From: Porticoccaceae bacterium
Lineage (GTDB): Bacteria > Pseudomonadota > Gammaproteobacteria > Pseudomonadales > Porticoccaceae
Reading direction: 5' to 3'
Length of the DNA stretch: 64,000 nucleotides
NCBI GenBank assembly: GCA_050250395.1
Contig: JBFWOQ010000006.1
Coordinates: 7,231 to 71,230 of the forward strand
Within the stretch, counting starts at the first letter, position 1, and every line of letters begins with the position of its first letter. Under the pieces are notes generated by a model. It saw only the letters and a list, made by a program, of their open reading frames with translations. It was not told the origin of the DNA and made no database searches. Of the stretch, positions 41,974-50,847 are shown in pieces. The position numbers and the translations under genes were made by a program.

Positions 41974-44241
41974 TCAGGCGATACCGGTGATTTCACGCGC
42001 GCCATGCGCGGCAGGCTCGATACGAAATGTCCGCATCGCATCCGCGCTCAGGGGACGGGAATACAGGAAACCCTGCGCCAATTCGCAGCCGGCAAGCACC
42101 AGCTCGGACTCTACCGCACTGCTTTCCACGCCTACGGCGGTCACCGCTTTGCCCGCCACTTTGCAAAGTGCCACCAACGCCGGAATGAATCTCGGGTCAT
42201 GCCTCGCGGGGATCTGGTTCGACAGCAACCGCTGATTGATTTTCACGGCATCGACAGGAACCTTGCCGATATAAGCGTATTCGCCGGTATGAACGCCAAA
42301 TTGGTCAATGCAAAGCCGCAGCCCCAGTTGTCGCGCACGTTCGAAGAAGATGCGGCAAAGACCTGGGCTGCGCAAATAGATTTCCTCGTCCACCTCCAGC
42401 ATGATCGCGGCCGCCGGAATCCCATGTTTGGTCATCACATCAACCACCGTTTGGGGATAACGGGGATCCTTGATCTGCGAAATGGCAATATTTATCGCTA
42501 CCTGCCGGACCGGCATCCGCCAGCGTCGCCACGCCTTGAATTGCTTGGCGACCTGTTCGAGCGTCCAGGTGCCGATGGTATCGATAATACCGGCATCTTC
42601 CGCAAGACCAATGAAGTCCGCTGGATTGATACTGCCGCGACAGTGATGATCCCAGCGCAACAGCGCCTCCACACCCATCAGACCACCATTTTGGAGATCG
42701 ATCTGCGGCTGGTAGACGATTTTCAGTTGATCGCGCCGGATCGCCAAGCGCAACTCGGATGGAAAATACAAGCCTTCGCTGTAAGACCCCAACTTCTCGG
42801 GGGCCGCCGCTTCACGGCCTTTACTCGCCGCCTTGGTTTCGTACATGGATTGGTCGGCGCATTGCATCAGGCTCTCGATACTTTCCCCGTCGTCAGGGTA
42901 AGTGGCGGCACCCACGCTCGCACGCACCTTGATCGCTCGGTCTCCGACATGAAACAGTTCTGAGAGGCAAGCGGAAATCTTGCCCTGAATGGCGGCAGCT
43001 TCCTCGTGGGGACTGTCGGCGATCACCGTAAACTCATCGCCGGCCAGCCGAGCCACCGTGTCGCTATCGCGTACCGCCCCGAGCAATCGGCTTCCGGCCT
43101 GCCGCAGAATCTCGTCGCCTACATGATGGCCGTACTCGTCATTGATACCCTTGAAGTCATCGAGGTCGATAAAAAATATCGTCAATTGCCGCTGTTCACG
43201 GCGCGCGCGACGGAGACCTTGGTCGAGACGGTCGAGAAACAGGCGGCGATTGGGCAGATCGGTCAGGTTATCGTGCGTCGCCAGATGCCGCAGCTCATCA
43301 TGGATCTTTTTGGTCTGGCTCAAGTCGGCGAAAGTAACGATGTAGTTGATGGTTTGCCCTGAGTTGTCTTTCACTTTGCAGACAACCAACCGAACGTCGA
43401 ACAGATTGCCTGACCGGTGCCGCAGCATGGTCTCGCCGTGCCAGGAGTCCACGCCATCCAATTGATCGAAGATGCGTTGGTAGTAGTTTTCGCCCGGCGG
43501 CTTCGACAGTAACAGATCGTCGCGCTGCCCCATCGCGTCTTTCTGACTGTATCCGGTTATCGTGGTGAATGCGGCGTTCACCGCGACGACAACCCGCTGA
43601 CGATCGAGCACCAGGACCGCATCGCTGGAGTGTTCCTGGAGCGCATTCCACAGGCGCGCCGTAGCCGCTTCACTGCGACCTTGCGAAAGATCCTCGGAAA
43701 TACAGGTCAATCCGCCATGCTCTCCCTCCAGGGACTGGGGGATCATTCGATGACGGTACGAAACACCGTTGATTTCGGCCTCACCAACACTCGGCAATCC
43801 GCTCCGGGCACGTTGGACAAGCGCTGCGAGAGCGGGATTGTTCGCGGTGACCGCGTCGATGTCGCGATCAAGAAGCAGGGCTCGGGAGATCCCTTCACGG
43901 GCGGTCTCGCGGCCATACACGGCGTTCACCTGCCCGCCGCCGTCCACCTGCCAAACCGTCAGCGCCTGATCCTGCGCGATAATGGAAAGCGCATCCGTCG
44001 TCGGAGAGCCCACCAGCGCGCGCTGCCTGAGAAGGGATCTGTGCACCAGCAGTACTGCACACCAAATCGCCAGAATGACGACCCCGCCCATCAATCGGCC
44101 CGATACACCCAGCTCAAGGCCAAAAATCACGGCAATACCAACCAGCACGAAAAAGACCGTGATGAGCAGCCGCTGGGCCATCGCGCTTCGTGGTGAGTCG
44201 GGCACTGCTGGTATCCTTGGCTGTCCGTTATGCCGGTTCAC
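41974..44241 (-). CDS. Membrane-anchored PAS-GGDEF-EAL signalling protein (GGDEF motif reads AGDEF; several EAL-domain motifs deviate)
   Basis: It has N-terminal TM segments, PAS (ITGYSQKDAMG), GGDEF (RDSD-x5-AGDEF) and EAL (QPQIDL...VEALLRW, DQFG, KIN, AVGVE). The start is GTG at 44241 or ATG at 44178. Confidence 0.88.
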   Translation of the reverse strand: MNRHNGQPRIPAVPDSPRSAMAQRLLITVFFVLVGIAVIFGLELGVSGRLMGGVVILAIWCAVLLVHRSLLRQRALVGSPTTDALSIIAQDQALTVWQVDGGGQVNAVYGRETAREGISRALLLDRDIDAVTANNPALAALVQRARSGLPSVGEAEINGVSYRHRMIPQSLEGEHGGLTCISEDLSQGRSEAATARLWNALQEHSSDAVLVLDRQRVVVAVNAAFTTITGYSQKDAMGQRDDLLLSKPPGENYYQRIFDQLDGVDSWHGETMLRHRSGNLFDVRLVVCKVKDNSGQTINYIVTFADLSQTKKIHDELRHLATHDNLTDLPNRRLFLDRLDQGLRRARREQRQLTIFFIDLDDFKGINDEYGHHVGDEILRQAGSRLLGAVRDSDTVARLAGDEFTVIADSPHEEAAAIQGKISACLSELFHVGDRAIKVRASVGAATYPDDGESIESLMQCADQSMYETKAASKGREAAAPEKLGSYSEGLYFPSELRLAIRRDQLKIVYQPQIDLQNGGLMGVEALLRWDHHCRGSINPADFIGLAEDAGIIDTIGTWTLEQVAKQFKAWRRWRMPVRQVAINIAISQIKDPRYPQTVVDVMTKHGIPAAAIMLEVDEEIYLRSPGLCRIFFERARQLGLRLCIDQFGVHTGEYAYIGKVPVDAVKINQRLLSNQIPARHDPRFIPALVALCKVAGKAVTAVGVESSAVESELVLAGCELAQGFLYSRPLSADAMRTFRIEPAAHGAREITGIA

Positions 44242-44317
44242 GAGAAGCCACCTCGTGTGCGCCGAAGTATAGGCAGTGGTCGCAAGGGAAGTCAGGCCGA
44301 ATCAACCCAGTGGCGTG

Positions 44318-44337
44318 AAACCGTTCCCGAACGGTTT
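44318..44337. repeat. Perfect 20-bp palindrome AAACCGTTCCCGAACGGTTT
   Basis: Read directly from the sequence. It lies in the 157-nt gap between the acyl-CoA dehydrogenase stop and the GGDEF-EAL start. No T-run follows on either strand. Confidence 0.8.
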
Positions 44338-44398
44338 GAGACCCAGGTCACACCACCCCGGCACTCATTTTGTGTCACAGTGTACCGGCGGGTCCGGA

Positions 44399-45544
44399 TC
44401 AAAGGCTGCGCGCGATAACCTCCAGCATGATTTCACTGGTTCCGGCGTAGATCCTGGCAACCCGGGCGTCCGCATACATGCGACAGATGAGGTACTCGTC
44501 CATATAACCGTACCCGCCATGCATCTGCAAGCAGGTGTCCAGGACCTGCTGAAGGTGCTCGGACGTCCAGTACTTGCACATCGCCGCGCTGGCGTTGTCC
44601 AGTTTCCCGGCCACCACGTTGAGAATACAGTGGTCCAGAAAGACCCGCGCCACTTGGGCGGTGGCCTGCGCCTCGGCAAGGCGAAACCGGGTATTTTGCA
44701 GGTCGAACAGGGACGCTCCAAACGCCGCGCGCTCTTTTACATAAGCAACGGTTTCCGCCAACGCGCCTTCCATCATGGCGACGGACTGCACTCCGACCTG
44801 GGTTCGCTCATAGGGCAGATCCGACATCAGCTGCGCGAATCCACGGCCTTCCGCACCCCCCAACAGATTCGCGACCGGAACCCGCACGTTATCGAAGAAC
44901 AGCTCGCAGGTGTCCTGGGATTTCTGCCCCATCTTGTCAAGAATGCGTCCGACCTTGAATCCGGGCAGATCCTTGGTCTCAAGCATCACGATGGACAGGC
45001 CACGGGCACCTCCTGCCGCGTCGGTGCGCACTACCAGCGCCAGCAGTTCACACAGATAGCCATTGGTGATGAACAGCTTGGAACCGTTGATGACGTACTC
45101 ATCGCCGTCGCGCGTCGCGCGGGTCTTGATCGCCTTGAGGTCGGAGCCGGTACCCGGCTCCGTCATGGCAATGGCGCCGATCAGCTGGCCACTCGCCATC
45201 TGTGGCAGCCAGCGCCGCTTTTGTTCTTCGGTACCATGATTGAGGATGTAATGGGCCGTGATGCTGTGGACCCCCTGACCCATTCCCGACAGCCCGCGCC
45301 GCCACTGCTCCTCGAAAAATACCGCTTCGTGGCGAAAATCACCTCCACCGCCGCCGTACTGCTCGGGAATATCCGTACACAGGAACCCCTGCTTGCCCGC
45401 CAGGCGCCAGAATGACTTGTCGAGGTGCTGCTGCTTGCGCCAGCGGTCCTCGTTGGGAACCATTTCGGTCTCGACAAACTTGCTCGCGGCGGCGCGAAAG
45501 ATCGCGAGATCTTCGTCCATCCATGGCGATTGGTAACTTTGCAT
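44399..45544 (-). CDS. Acyl-CoA dehydrogenase
   Basis: It is 381 aa with IGAIAMTEPGTGSDL, the typical ACAD middle and C-terminal domains, and IYAGTSEI near the C-terminus. Confidence 0.92.
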   Translation of the reverse strand: MQSYQSPWMDEDLAIFRAAASKFVETEMVPNEDRWRKQQHLDKSFWRLAGKQGFLCTDIPEQYGGGGGDFRHEAVFFEEQWRRGLSGMGQGVHSITAHYILNHGTEEQKRRWLPQMASGQLIGAIAMTEPGTGSDLKAIKTRATRDGDEYVINGSKLFITNGYLCELLALVVRTDAAGGARGLSIVMLETKDLPGFKVGRILDKMGQKSQDTCELFFDNVRVPVANLLGGAEGRGFAQLMSDLPYERTQVGVQSVAMMEGALAETVAYVKERAAFGASLFDLQNTRFRLAEAQATAQVARVFLDHCILNVVAGKLDNASAAMCKYWTSEHLQQVLDTCLQMHGGYGYMDEYLICRMYADARVARIYAGTSEIMLEVIARSL

Positions 45545-45596
45545 CTGCTCAACCCCACTTGGTTTCTGTCCCCAAAAATCGCCCCGCGTTTGGCGT

Positions 45597-46043
45597 TTAG
45601 CGACTTGTCGAAAAAACCGCTAGCGGAGACGGCAGCTCGATCACTGCCTCACCCACCAGTTTTTCCTCGCCGACCTGATTGGTTGCCACCAGACGAACCA
45701 CCACCCGGCGGTGGGTGTCCAATTCGTCCACGTCCGTGACCTCGCCATCACACACCAGCTGCTCGCCCAGTTTGACGATGGCACCGAATTTGACCTCGAA
45801 GCTGCGGATACAGGCCTGGGGAACCCACTCCGTGACCAACTGCCCGAGATAGGCCATATTGAGCATGCCGTGGGCAAAGACATCATCCATGCCCGCGGCG
45901 CGGGCCGCGTCGGGATCGATGTGCAGGGGGTTGTGATCGTTGGACGCGCCACAAAAATACGCAAGCGTGGCGCGCGTGAGCGGCGGTTTGACAAGTCTCG
46001 GCAGGCGATCCCCTACCGTCACCGGGTCGGGAAACGGCTTCAT
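45597..46043 (-). CDS. MaoC-family (hot-dog) dehydratase
   Basis: NDHNPLHIDPDAARAAGMDDVFAHGM is the hydratase motif. The start shows ATGA coupling with the upstream gene. Confidence 0.85.
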   Translation of the reverse strand: MKPFPDPVTVGDRLPRLVKPPLTRATLAYFCGASNDHNPLHIDPDAARAAGMDDVFAHGMLNMAYLGQLVTEWVPQACIRSFEVKFGAIVKLGEQLVCDGEVTDVDELDTHRRVVVRLVATNQVGEEKLVGEAVIELPSPLAVFSTSR

Positions 46044-46492
46044 TCGGCCACACCGACACCGCGGATCACGATGGTCTTGCGGAATCGGGTGGTCAGCTCT
46101 CCCCGCTGGTTGAACGCTTCGGTTTCTTCAATGAGAAACTTGAGTTTGCCCTGGCGGCGCTGAATGAAATCGACGATCCGGCTTTGAAACCGGATGCAGT
46201 CACCGGCGTGGATGGGGGCGAAGTAATCAAAACGCTGCTGCGCGTGCAGCATGGTGCACCAATCGATTCCGAGCGCGCGATAGCGGGCGTAGGGGTCCCG
46301 TTCACACAGGCTCAGGGTCACCGCGTAGGTGGGAGGGGCAAGAATCGAAGGGTGCCCGGCCGCTCTGGCCGCAGCCTCATCAAAGTAGACGGGATCGGTC
46401 TCGCCGACAGCCTTGGCGAAAAAGCACAACTGCCATTTTTCGACTTCGACCACCAGTTGGGGAATGGGGATATCCACAAACTTGCTCGTCAT
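46040..46492 (-). CDS. MaoC-N / FAS1-like dehydratase domain protein (probable partner subunit of the downstream MaoC protein)
   Basis: It shows hot-dog-fold-like features (FFAKAVGETDPVYFDEAAARAAGHPSILAPPTY). The ATG at 46492 is preceded by GAGGGT. Confidence 0.75.
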   Translation of the reverse strand: MTSKFVDIPIPQLVVEVEKWQLCFFAKAVGETDPVYFDEAAARAAGHPSILAPPTYAVTLSLCERDPYARYRALGIDWCTMLHAQQRFDYFAPIHAGDCIRFQSRIVDFIQRRQGKLKFLIEETEAFNQRGELTTRFRKTIVIRGVGVAE

Positions 46493-46721
46493 ACCCTCAA
46501 GACCCAGCAGTCTGTGTCGTCCAAAGCCGGATATATACCTTATATGCGTATTCCGGCACAAGCGGGTTGCGAGTGCCGCCCATTTCCCCGAATTATCGTC
46601 AAGCCTTCCTCGCCCGGGGCACAGGTTCCGTTCAACGATGTCGGTCGCGATCGGTCGAAATACTAAACCGCTTGGTAAATCGATTGACCTTTAGTAACCG
46701 GACCTCTGGCTATGCTCTACA

Positions 46722-46891
46722 CTAGGAGCCTGGCGGACTTGAGCGTCCGTAGCGAGGGAAAGTCCGATTTGAGGTAGATTTTGGGCAAATTTGCGGCGAA
46801 TAGCGGGGACTATTCAACGAAAATTTGCCCGAAATATAACCAAATTCGGCTTTTCCGCAGTAGGGCAGTCTTAAGTCCGACAGGCTCCTAG
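46722..46891. repeat. 170-bp long imperfect palindrome (possible MITE or structured RNA), symmetric about 46806/46807
   Basis: The termini are CTAGGAGCCTGGCGGACTT on the left and AAGTCCGACAGGCTCCTAG on the right. The internal arm pairs are GGGAAAGTCCGATTTG/CAAATTCGGCTTTTCC, TTGGGCAAATTT/AAATTTGCCCGAA and GAATAG/CTATTC. The region is AT-richer than its surroundings and contains no ORF. Confidence 0.8.
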
Positions 46892-46941
46892 GGCATGAGT
46901 TACGCCATCAGTTACACGAAGTTGGCCACGCAGAGGCGCTA

Positions 46942-47556
46942 ATGACCAAGGTTCGCTGGGGCAAAAGCATCCAGAGCAAGGACGAGCAGTACGATCTGAA
47001 ACGGTCCGCCATTTTGCGCACCGCAGGCCGCCTGTTCAATCAAAAAGGCTTTCGGGAAACCTCGCTGAACGACCTCGCGGACGAACTGCAGGTGACCAAG
47101 CCAACGCTCTACTACTATGTGGAAAACAAGGAAGACATCCTGTTCCAGTGCCTGCATACCGCCATCACGGAGCTGCTGGAACAGACCGATGCCATCCTGT
47201 GCTCGCCTGAGAACGGTGTAGAAAAGCTGGCCCGCTTCATCCACATGTTCATCGCCGTCTTCGACGACGAGTTTGGACGCTGTCTCGCGCACCCCGGCCC
47301 GGAACCCCTGTCGAGCAAATACCTCGAACAGATCGCGCCCCTTTATGTGCGTGTCGACTCCGCCATGCGCCAGATGATCGAGGACGGTATCGCCGACCAG
47401 TCCATGCGGTCCTGTAACAGCAAAATCAGCGCGTTCGCCCTGTTCGGCGCCATCAACTGGATGACCCGCTGGTACCATCCGGAGGGCGAGATGACGACCC
47501 GGGAGGTCGCTGACGCGATGGTCCAGCTTTTCTGCCAGGGCCTGATGCCGCGCTGA
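46942..47556 (+). CDS. TetR/AcrR-family transcriptional regulator
   Basis: The N-terminal HTH is ILRTAGRLFNQKGFRETSLNDLADELQVTKPTLYYYV. It is divergent from the maoC/acd operon. Confidence 0.92.
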   Translation: MTKVRWGKSIQSKDEQYDLKRSAILRTAGRLFNQKGFRETSLNDLADELQVTKPTLYYYVENKEDILFQCLHTAITELLEQTDAILCSPENGVEKLARFIHMFIAVFDDEFGRCLAHPGPEPLSSKYLEQIAPLYVRVDSAMRQMIEDGIADQSMRSCNSKISAFALFGAINWMTRWYHPEGEMTTREVADAMVQLFCQGLMPR

Positions 47557-47597
47557 AATTCGGGTCTCTCACCTTTTTGTAGTCTGGATCGACGCCC

Positions 47598-47918
47598 TCA
47601 GTTGCGCAGATAGACGGCGGCGATCTTCTCCATCTCCGTCGCCATTTCAAAATCCAGCGTGGTGATGCCCTTGGACCTATGGGTCAGAAGGTCGATTTCG
47701 ACCACATTCCAGACGTTCGTCCACTTCGGATGATGGCTCATCACTTCGCACACCAGCGCGGTCTGGGCCATGAACCCGAAAGCGGCGCTGAAACTTGGAA
47801 ACTTGTAGCGTCGGTGCAGCTTTCCGTCCGCGATGATCCAGGCCTCTAGCGCCGAATCGTTGAGATCCTTCAGCTTGCCGGCCAACTGGTCTTGATCGAT
47901 CAGTGCATCTTTTTTCAT
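47598..47918 (-). CDS. phhB: 4a-hydroxytetrahydrobiopterin (pterin-4a-carbinolamine) dehydratase
   Basis: FPSFSAAFGFMAQTALVCEVMSHHPKWTNVWNVVEIDLLTHRSKGITTLD matches the family. The ATG is preceded by GAGGAGGAG. Confidence 0.88.
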   Translation of the reverse strand: MKKDALIDQDQLAGKLKDLNDSALEAWIIADGKLHRRYKFPSFSAAFGFMAQTALVCEVMSHHPKWTNVWNVVEIDLLTHRSKGITTLDFEMATEMEKIAAVYLRN

Positions 47919-47985
47919 GGTCTCCTCCTCATCAAATCTGGTTTTGCCAACCGTGCTGCGACTGGCTCGGCGCAACCCGCGACAC

Positions 47986-48948
47986 TCAGGGACTGGCTGT
48001 ATGCTCGATGACCTTGCGAATACCCTCCACCGCCAGGGGCGCGCCCGCATAGGCAAACACCGTGAGCATCACTTCCTCGAGTTCGGTCTTGGTAACTCCA
48101 TGGCGCAGGGCCGCGGGTACATGGATATCCAGTTCATCGGCGCGCCCGAGTGCCGCCAGAACCGATACCACCAAGAGGCTGCGGTCGCGGCGGGACAGTT
48201 GCGGCCTTGCCCAGATTTCCCCGAACGCGAAGTCGACACCGGCATCGGCTAACGGACCCAATTTGCCCGCGATGCCCTCGAGAAGCTTCCCGGCATCCGC
48301 CGACTCCTGGCCGGACAGACGTGTCATCACCGCGATGGAGCGGGCGCGCCGTTGCTCGCCCGTCAAGCGCTCGGCGGGCGCGACAGGCGGCGGGTGCCCC
48401 ATCTTCGCCAGCAAGCGGTTGGTTTCCGCCATGGCGTCAAGGGCACGGGGAAAACCCGCATAACCACTCAGGTGAACGAAAACTTCCCTGATCTCCTCCG
48501 CGGTCAGCCCGTTCCTGATTCCCCCAGGGACGTAATAGGCAAGCTGGTTGGTCTGGTGGATTGCGCCCAAAATCGCCAGCACCACGAGATTGCGGTCGCG
48601 CCGGCTGAGCTGTTCCCGACTCCAGATTTCGCCCATTACGAAGTCGACGGCGAAGGTGCCCAAGGCGCCATTCTCGCGTTCCAGCGTCGTCGCCAGCTCG
48701 GCCGCTGCCGTGACCGAGGTGCCGGTCAGGGCACTCAGGGAGCGCAACCCCTGCTCCCGGCGCACTGTTTGATCTTTTGCCGCAAGGCCGGAGAGCGCGG
48801 CATCGGGGGCAGCGACGACTAATCCCGGCAACGCGAGCGTCGCAGTGAGCAGGATTCCTTGTGCCAATCCGATCAGGGTAACGCCGTGGCCAATCGCCGC
48901 GCGCGAGTTGATTTTTCGTGAATGAATTTTCACGGGTTCCATCGTCAT
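47986..48948 (-). CDS. Exported protein with two carboxymuconolactone decarboxylase (CMD/AhpD-like) domains
   Basis: An N-terminal signal-like segment is followed by two copies of the CMD pattern (GEIW.R.QLSRRDR.L.V...LAA.G....L..H....). The first ends in FVHLSGYAGFPRA and the second in MLTVFAYAGAPLA. Confidence 0.8.
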   Translation of the reverse strand: MTMEPVKIHSRKINSRAAIGHGVTLIGLAQGILLTATLALPGLVVAAPDAALSGLAAKDQTVRREQGLRSLSALTGTSVTAAAELATTLERENGALGTFAVDFVMGEIWSREQLSRRDRNLVVLAILGAIHQTNQLAYYVPGGIRNGLTAEEIREVFVHLSGYAGFPRALDAMAETNRLLAKMGHPPPVAPAERLTGEQRRARSIAVMTRLSGQESADAGKLLEGIAGKLGPLADAGVDFAFGEIWARPQLSRRDRSLLVVSVLAALGRADELDIHVPAALRHGVTKTELEEVMLTVFAYAGAPLAVEGIRKVIEHTASP

Positions 48949-49021
48949 GTTCCGTTCCTGCTTTTTATCGGATGTTGTGCCGTGGCATTGGAATTATCGA
49001 TCGCCAGTACCGTTACGGGGA

Positions 49022-49804
49022 TCAATCCCACATCAGACCGCCATCCACATTCCACGACTGGCCGGTAACATTGCGCGCTTCGTCGGAGCCGAGAAATACC
49101 GCCAGATCGGCAATATCGTCGGGCTCGTTGGAGCGTCCGATGGGAATATTGCCATCGAAGGCCGTCATCACTTCCGTTTCCAGACGCCCGGCCGCCTCGG
49201 CGCGTTCGCGGACCACCTGATAATAAAGGTCGGTACGGGTCACGCCGGGGCAAATGGCATTGACATTGATGTTGTGCCGACCCAGCGCGTGGGCGGCGAT
49301 CCGGGTCATCGCGATCACCGCGCCCTTGGAGCCCGCGTAGGCGATGTTCGAGGTACCGGGATAGCCTTTCCCCGCAATGGAAGCGATGTTGACGATGCGT
49401 CCACCGCCGCGCTCGCGCATGGCTGCCGCCGTGGCCTGCATGCAGAAGAACAGACCGCGCGCGTTGACCCGATGAATCGCATCCCAGTCCTCCGGGCGCA
49501 CCGAGAAAAAATCGATGTTGCGGGTAACGGCGGCATTGTTCACCAGAATATCCAGTGCATCATGGGTCTCCGCCACCCGCCGAATCAGCGCGGCTACCGC
49601 ATCGGTGTCACCCATATCGACCATCATGGCCTCGGCTTCACCGTCGGCGGCGCGAATCTCCGCAACCACCTCGTCCGCCATCGCAACATCGATATCGACC
49701 ACCACGACATAGGCACCCTCAGCGGCAAACCGCCGCGCGATGGCCCTGCCAATGCCGCGCCCAGCACCCGTCACCACCGCAACCTGACTCCACAAACGTG
49801 CCAT
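49022..49804 (-). CDS. SDR-family oxidoreductase (FabG-like)
   Basis: VAVVTGAGRGIGRAIA...NNAAV...YAGSKGAV are the SDR motifs. Confidence 0.9.
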   Translation of the reverse strand: MARLWSQVAVVTGAGRGIGRAIARRFAAEGAYVVVVDIDVAMADEVVAEIRAADGEAEAMMVDMGDTDAVAALIRRVAETHDALDILVNNAAVTRNIDFFSVRPEDWDAIHRVNARGLFFCMQATAAAMRERGGGRIVNIASIAGKGYPGTSNIAYAGSKGAVIAMTRIAAHALGRHNINVNAICPGVTRTDLYYQVVRERAEAAGRLETEVMTAFDGNIPIGRSNEPDDIADLAVFLGSDEARNVTGQSWNVDGGLMWD

Positions 49805-49976
49805 CGGATCTCCCGCGAGCAATCCACGCCCGGAACTGTCGGCTGGCGGTATCATGGTGGCAGACTCCCACGGTGTCAAAATACCCCGCGCGACGCGAAT
49901 GGCTTCGCGCGCGCCGGGATCGCCGACACTGCCGTCCGATTTTCATCGCTTCTTTACCCAGCCTGGAGGAAACACC

Positions 49977-50726
49977 ATGCAACGCGGATATGCACTCGTC
50001 ACCGGCGCCATCGGCGGCCTCGGCACCGCCATCACCAAACGCCTCATCGCCGCCGGAATTCCGGTCCTTGGCACCGATCGGCGCGGCTCCGATCTGGAGC
50101 CCTGGCTCCAGGAAGCGCTGACGGCAGCCGAGCGCGCGCAATTCAGCTTTGTTCCCCTCGACGTCACCAAGGAGGAACATGTCGACCAACTGGCGGCGCA
50201 ACTGCGCGCCGAGAACAAGCCCATCGCCTATCTGATCAACAACGCCGGCATCCAGGGCAACGCCAAACCCTGGGATTTGAGCAGCAAGGACTGGCATCGG
50301 GTCATCGCCGTCAATCTGCACGGCACCTTCCATATGACGCGGGCGTTCTCCAGGGACATGGTGGACCGCGGCTTCGGCCGCATCGTCAATTTCGCGTCCC
50401 TGTACGCCTACCATCCGGGCGAAGGCCAGTCGCCCTACGCCGCCGCCAAGGCCGGCATCACCGGCTATACCCGCTCGGTGGCACTCGACCTGGCAAAGCA
50501 CGGTGTGACGGTGAACACCATCGCGCCGGGAATGATCTGGCACGAACGCCTGCGCGGCGTGCTGCCGGACCAGGTGTTCGACGACATGATCGGCCGCGTG
50601 CCTGCCGGACGCGCGGGCCGTCCGGACGAGATTGCCGGCGCCGTGGGGTTTTTCTGCTCCGAGGAATCTTCCTACGTCACCGGACAGACCCTGCATGTGA
50701 ATGGCGGACTGTACCTTCCTGGGTAA
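49977..50726 (+). CDS. SDR-family oxidoreductase
   Basis: ALVTGAIGGLGTAI...NNAGI...YAAAKAG are the SDR motifs. GGAGGA lies 6 nt upstream of the ATG. Confidence 0.9.
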   Translation: MQRGYALVTGAIGGLGTAITKRLIAAGIPVLGTDRRGSDLEPWLQEALTAAERAQFSFVPLDVTKEEHVDQLAAQLRAENKPIAYLINNAGIQGNAKPWDLSSKDWHRVIAVNLHGTFHMTRAFSRDMVDRGFGRIVNFASLYAYHPGEGQSPYAAAKAGITGYTRSVALDLAKHGVTVNTIAPGMIWHERLRGVLPDQVFDDMIGRVPAGRAGRPDEIAGAVGFFCSEESSYVTGQTLHVNGGLYLPG

Positions 50727-50752
50727 AACGCCGCCGGCGTAACAACCTGCCG

Positions 50753-50799
50753 GGGCAAAACGAAAACGCCCCCATCCCTGCCTACAGGAGTGGGGGCGT
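50753..50799 (-). terminator. Rho-independent terminator of the prp operon
   Basis: The minus strand reads ACGCCCCCA...TGGGGGCGT (a 9-bp stem) followed by TTTCGTTTTG. It lies about 50 nt after the prpF stop. Confidence 0.7.
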
Positions 50800-50847
50800 G
50801 GCCGGAATGGAAACCCTGCTCGCGCCTGGCAGCTTTTCAGCAAGCTG

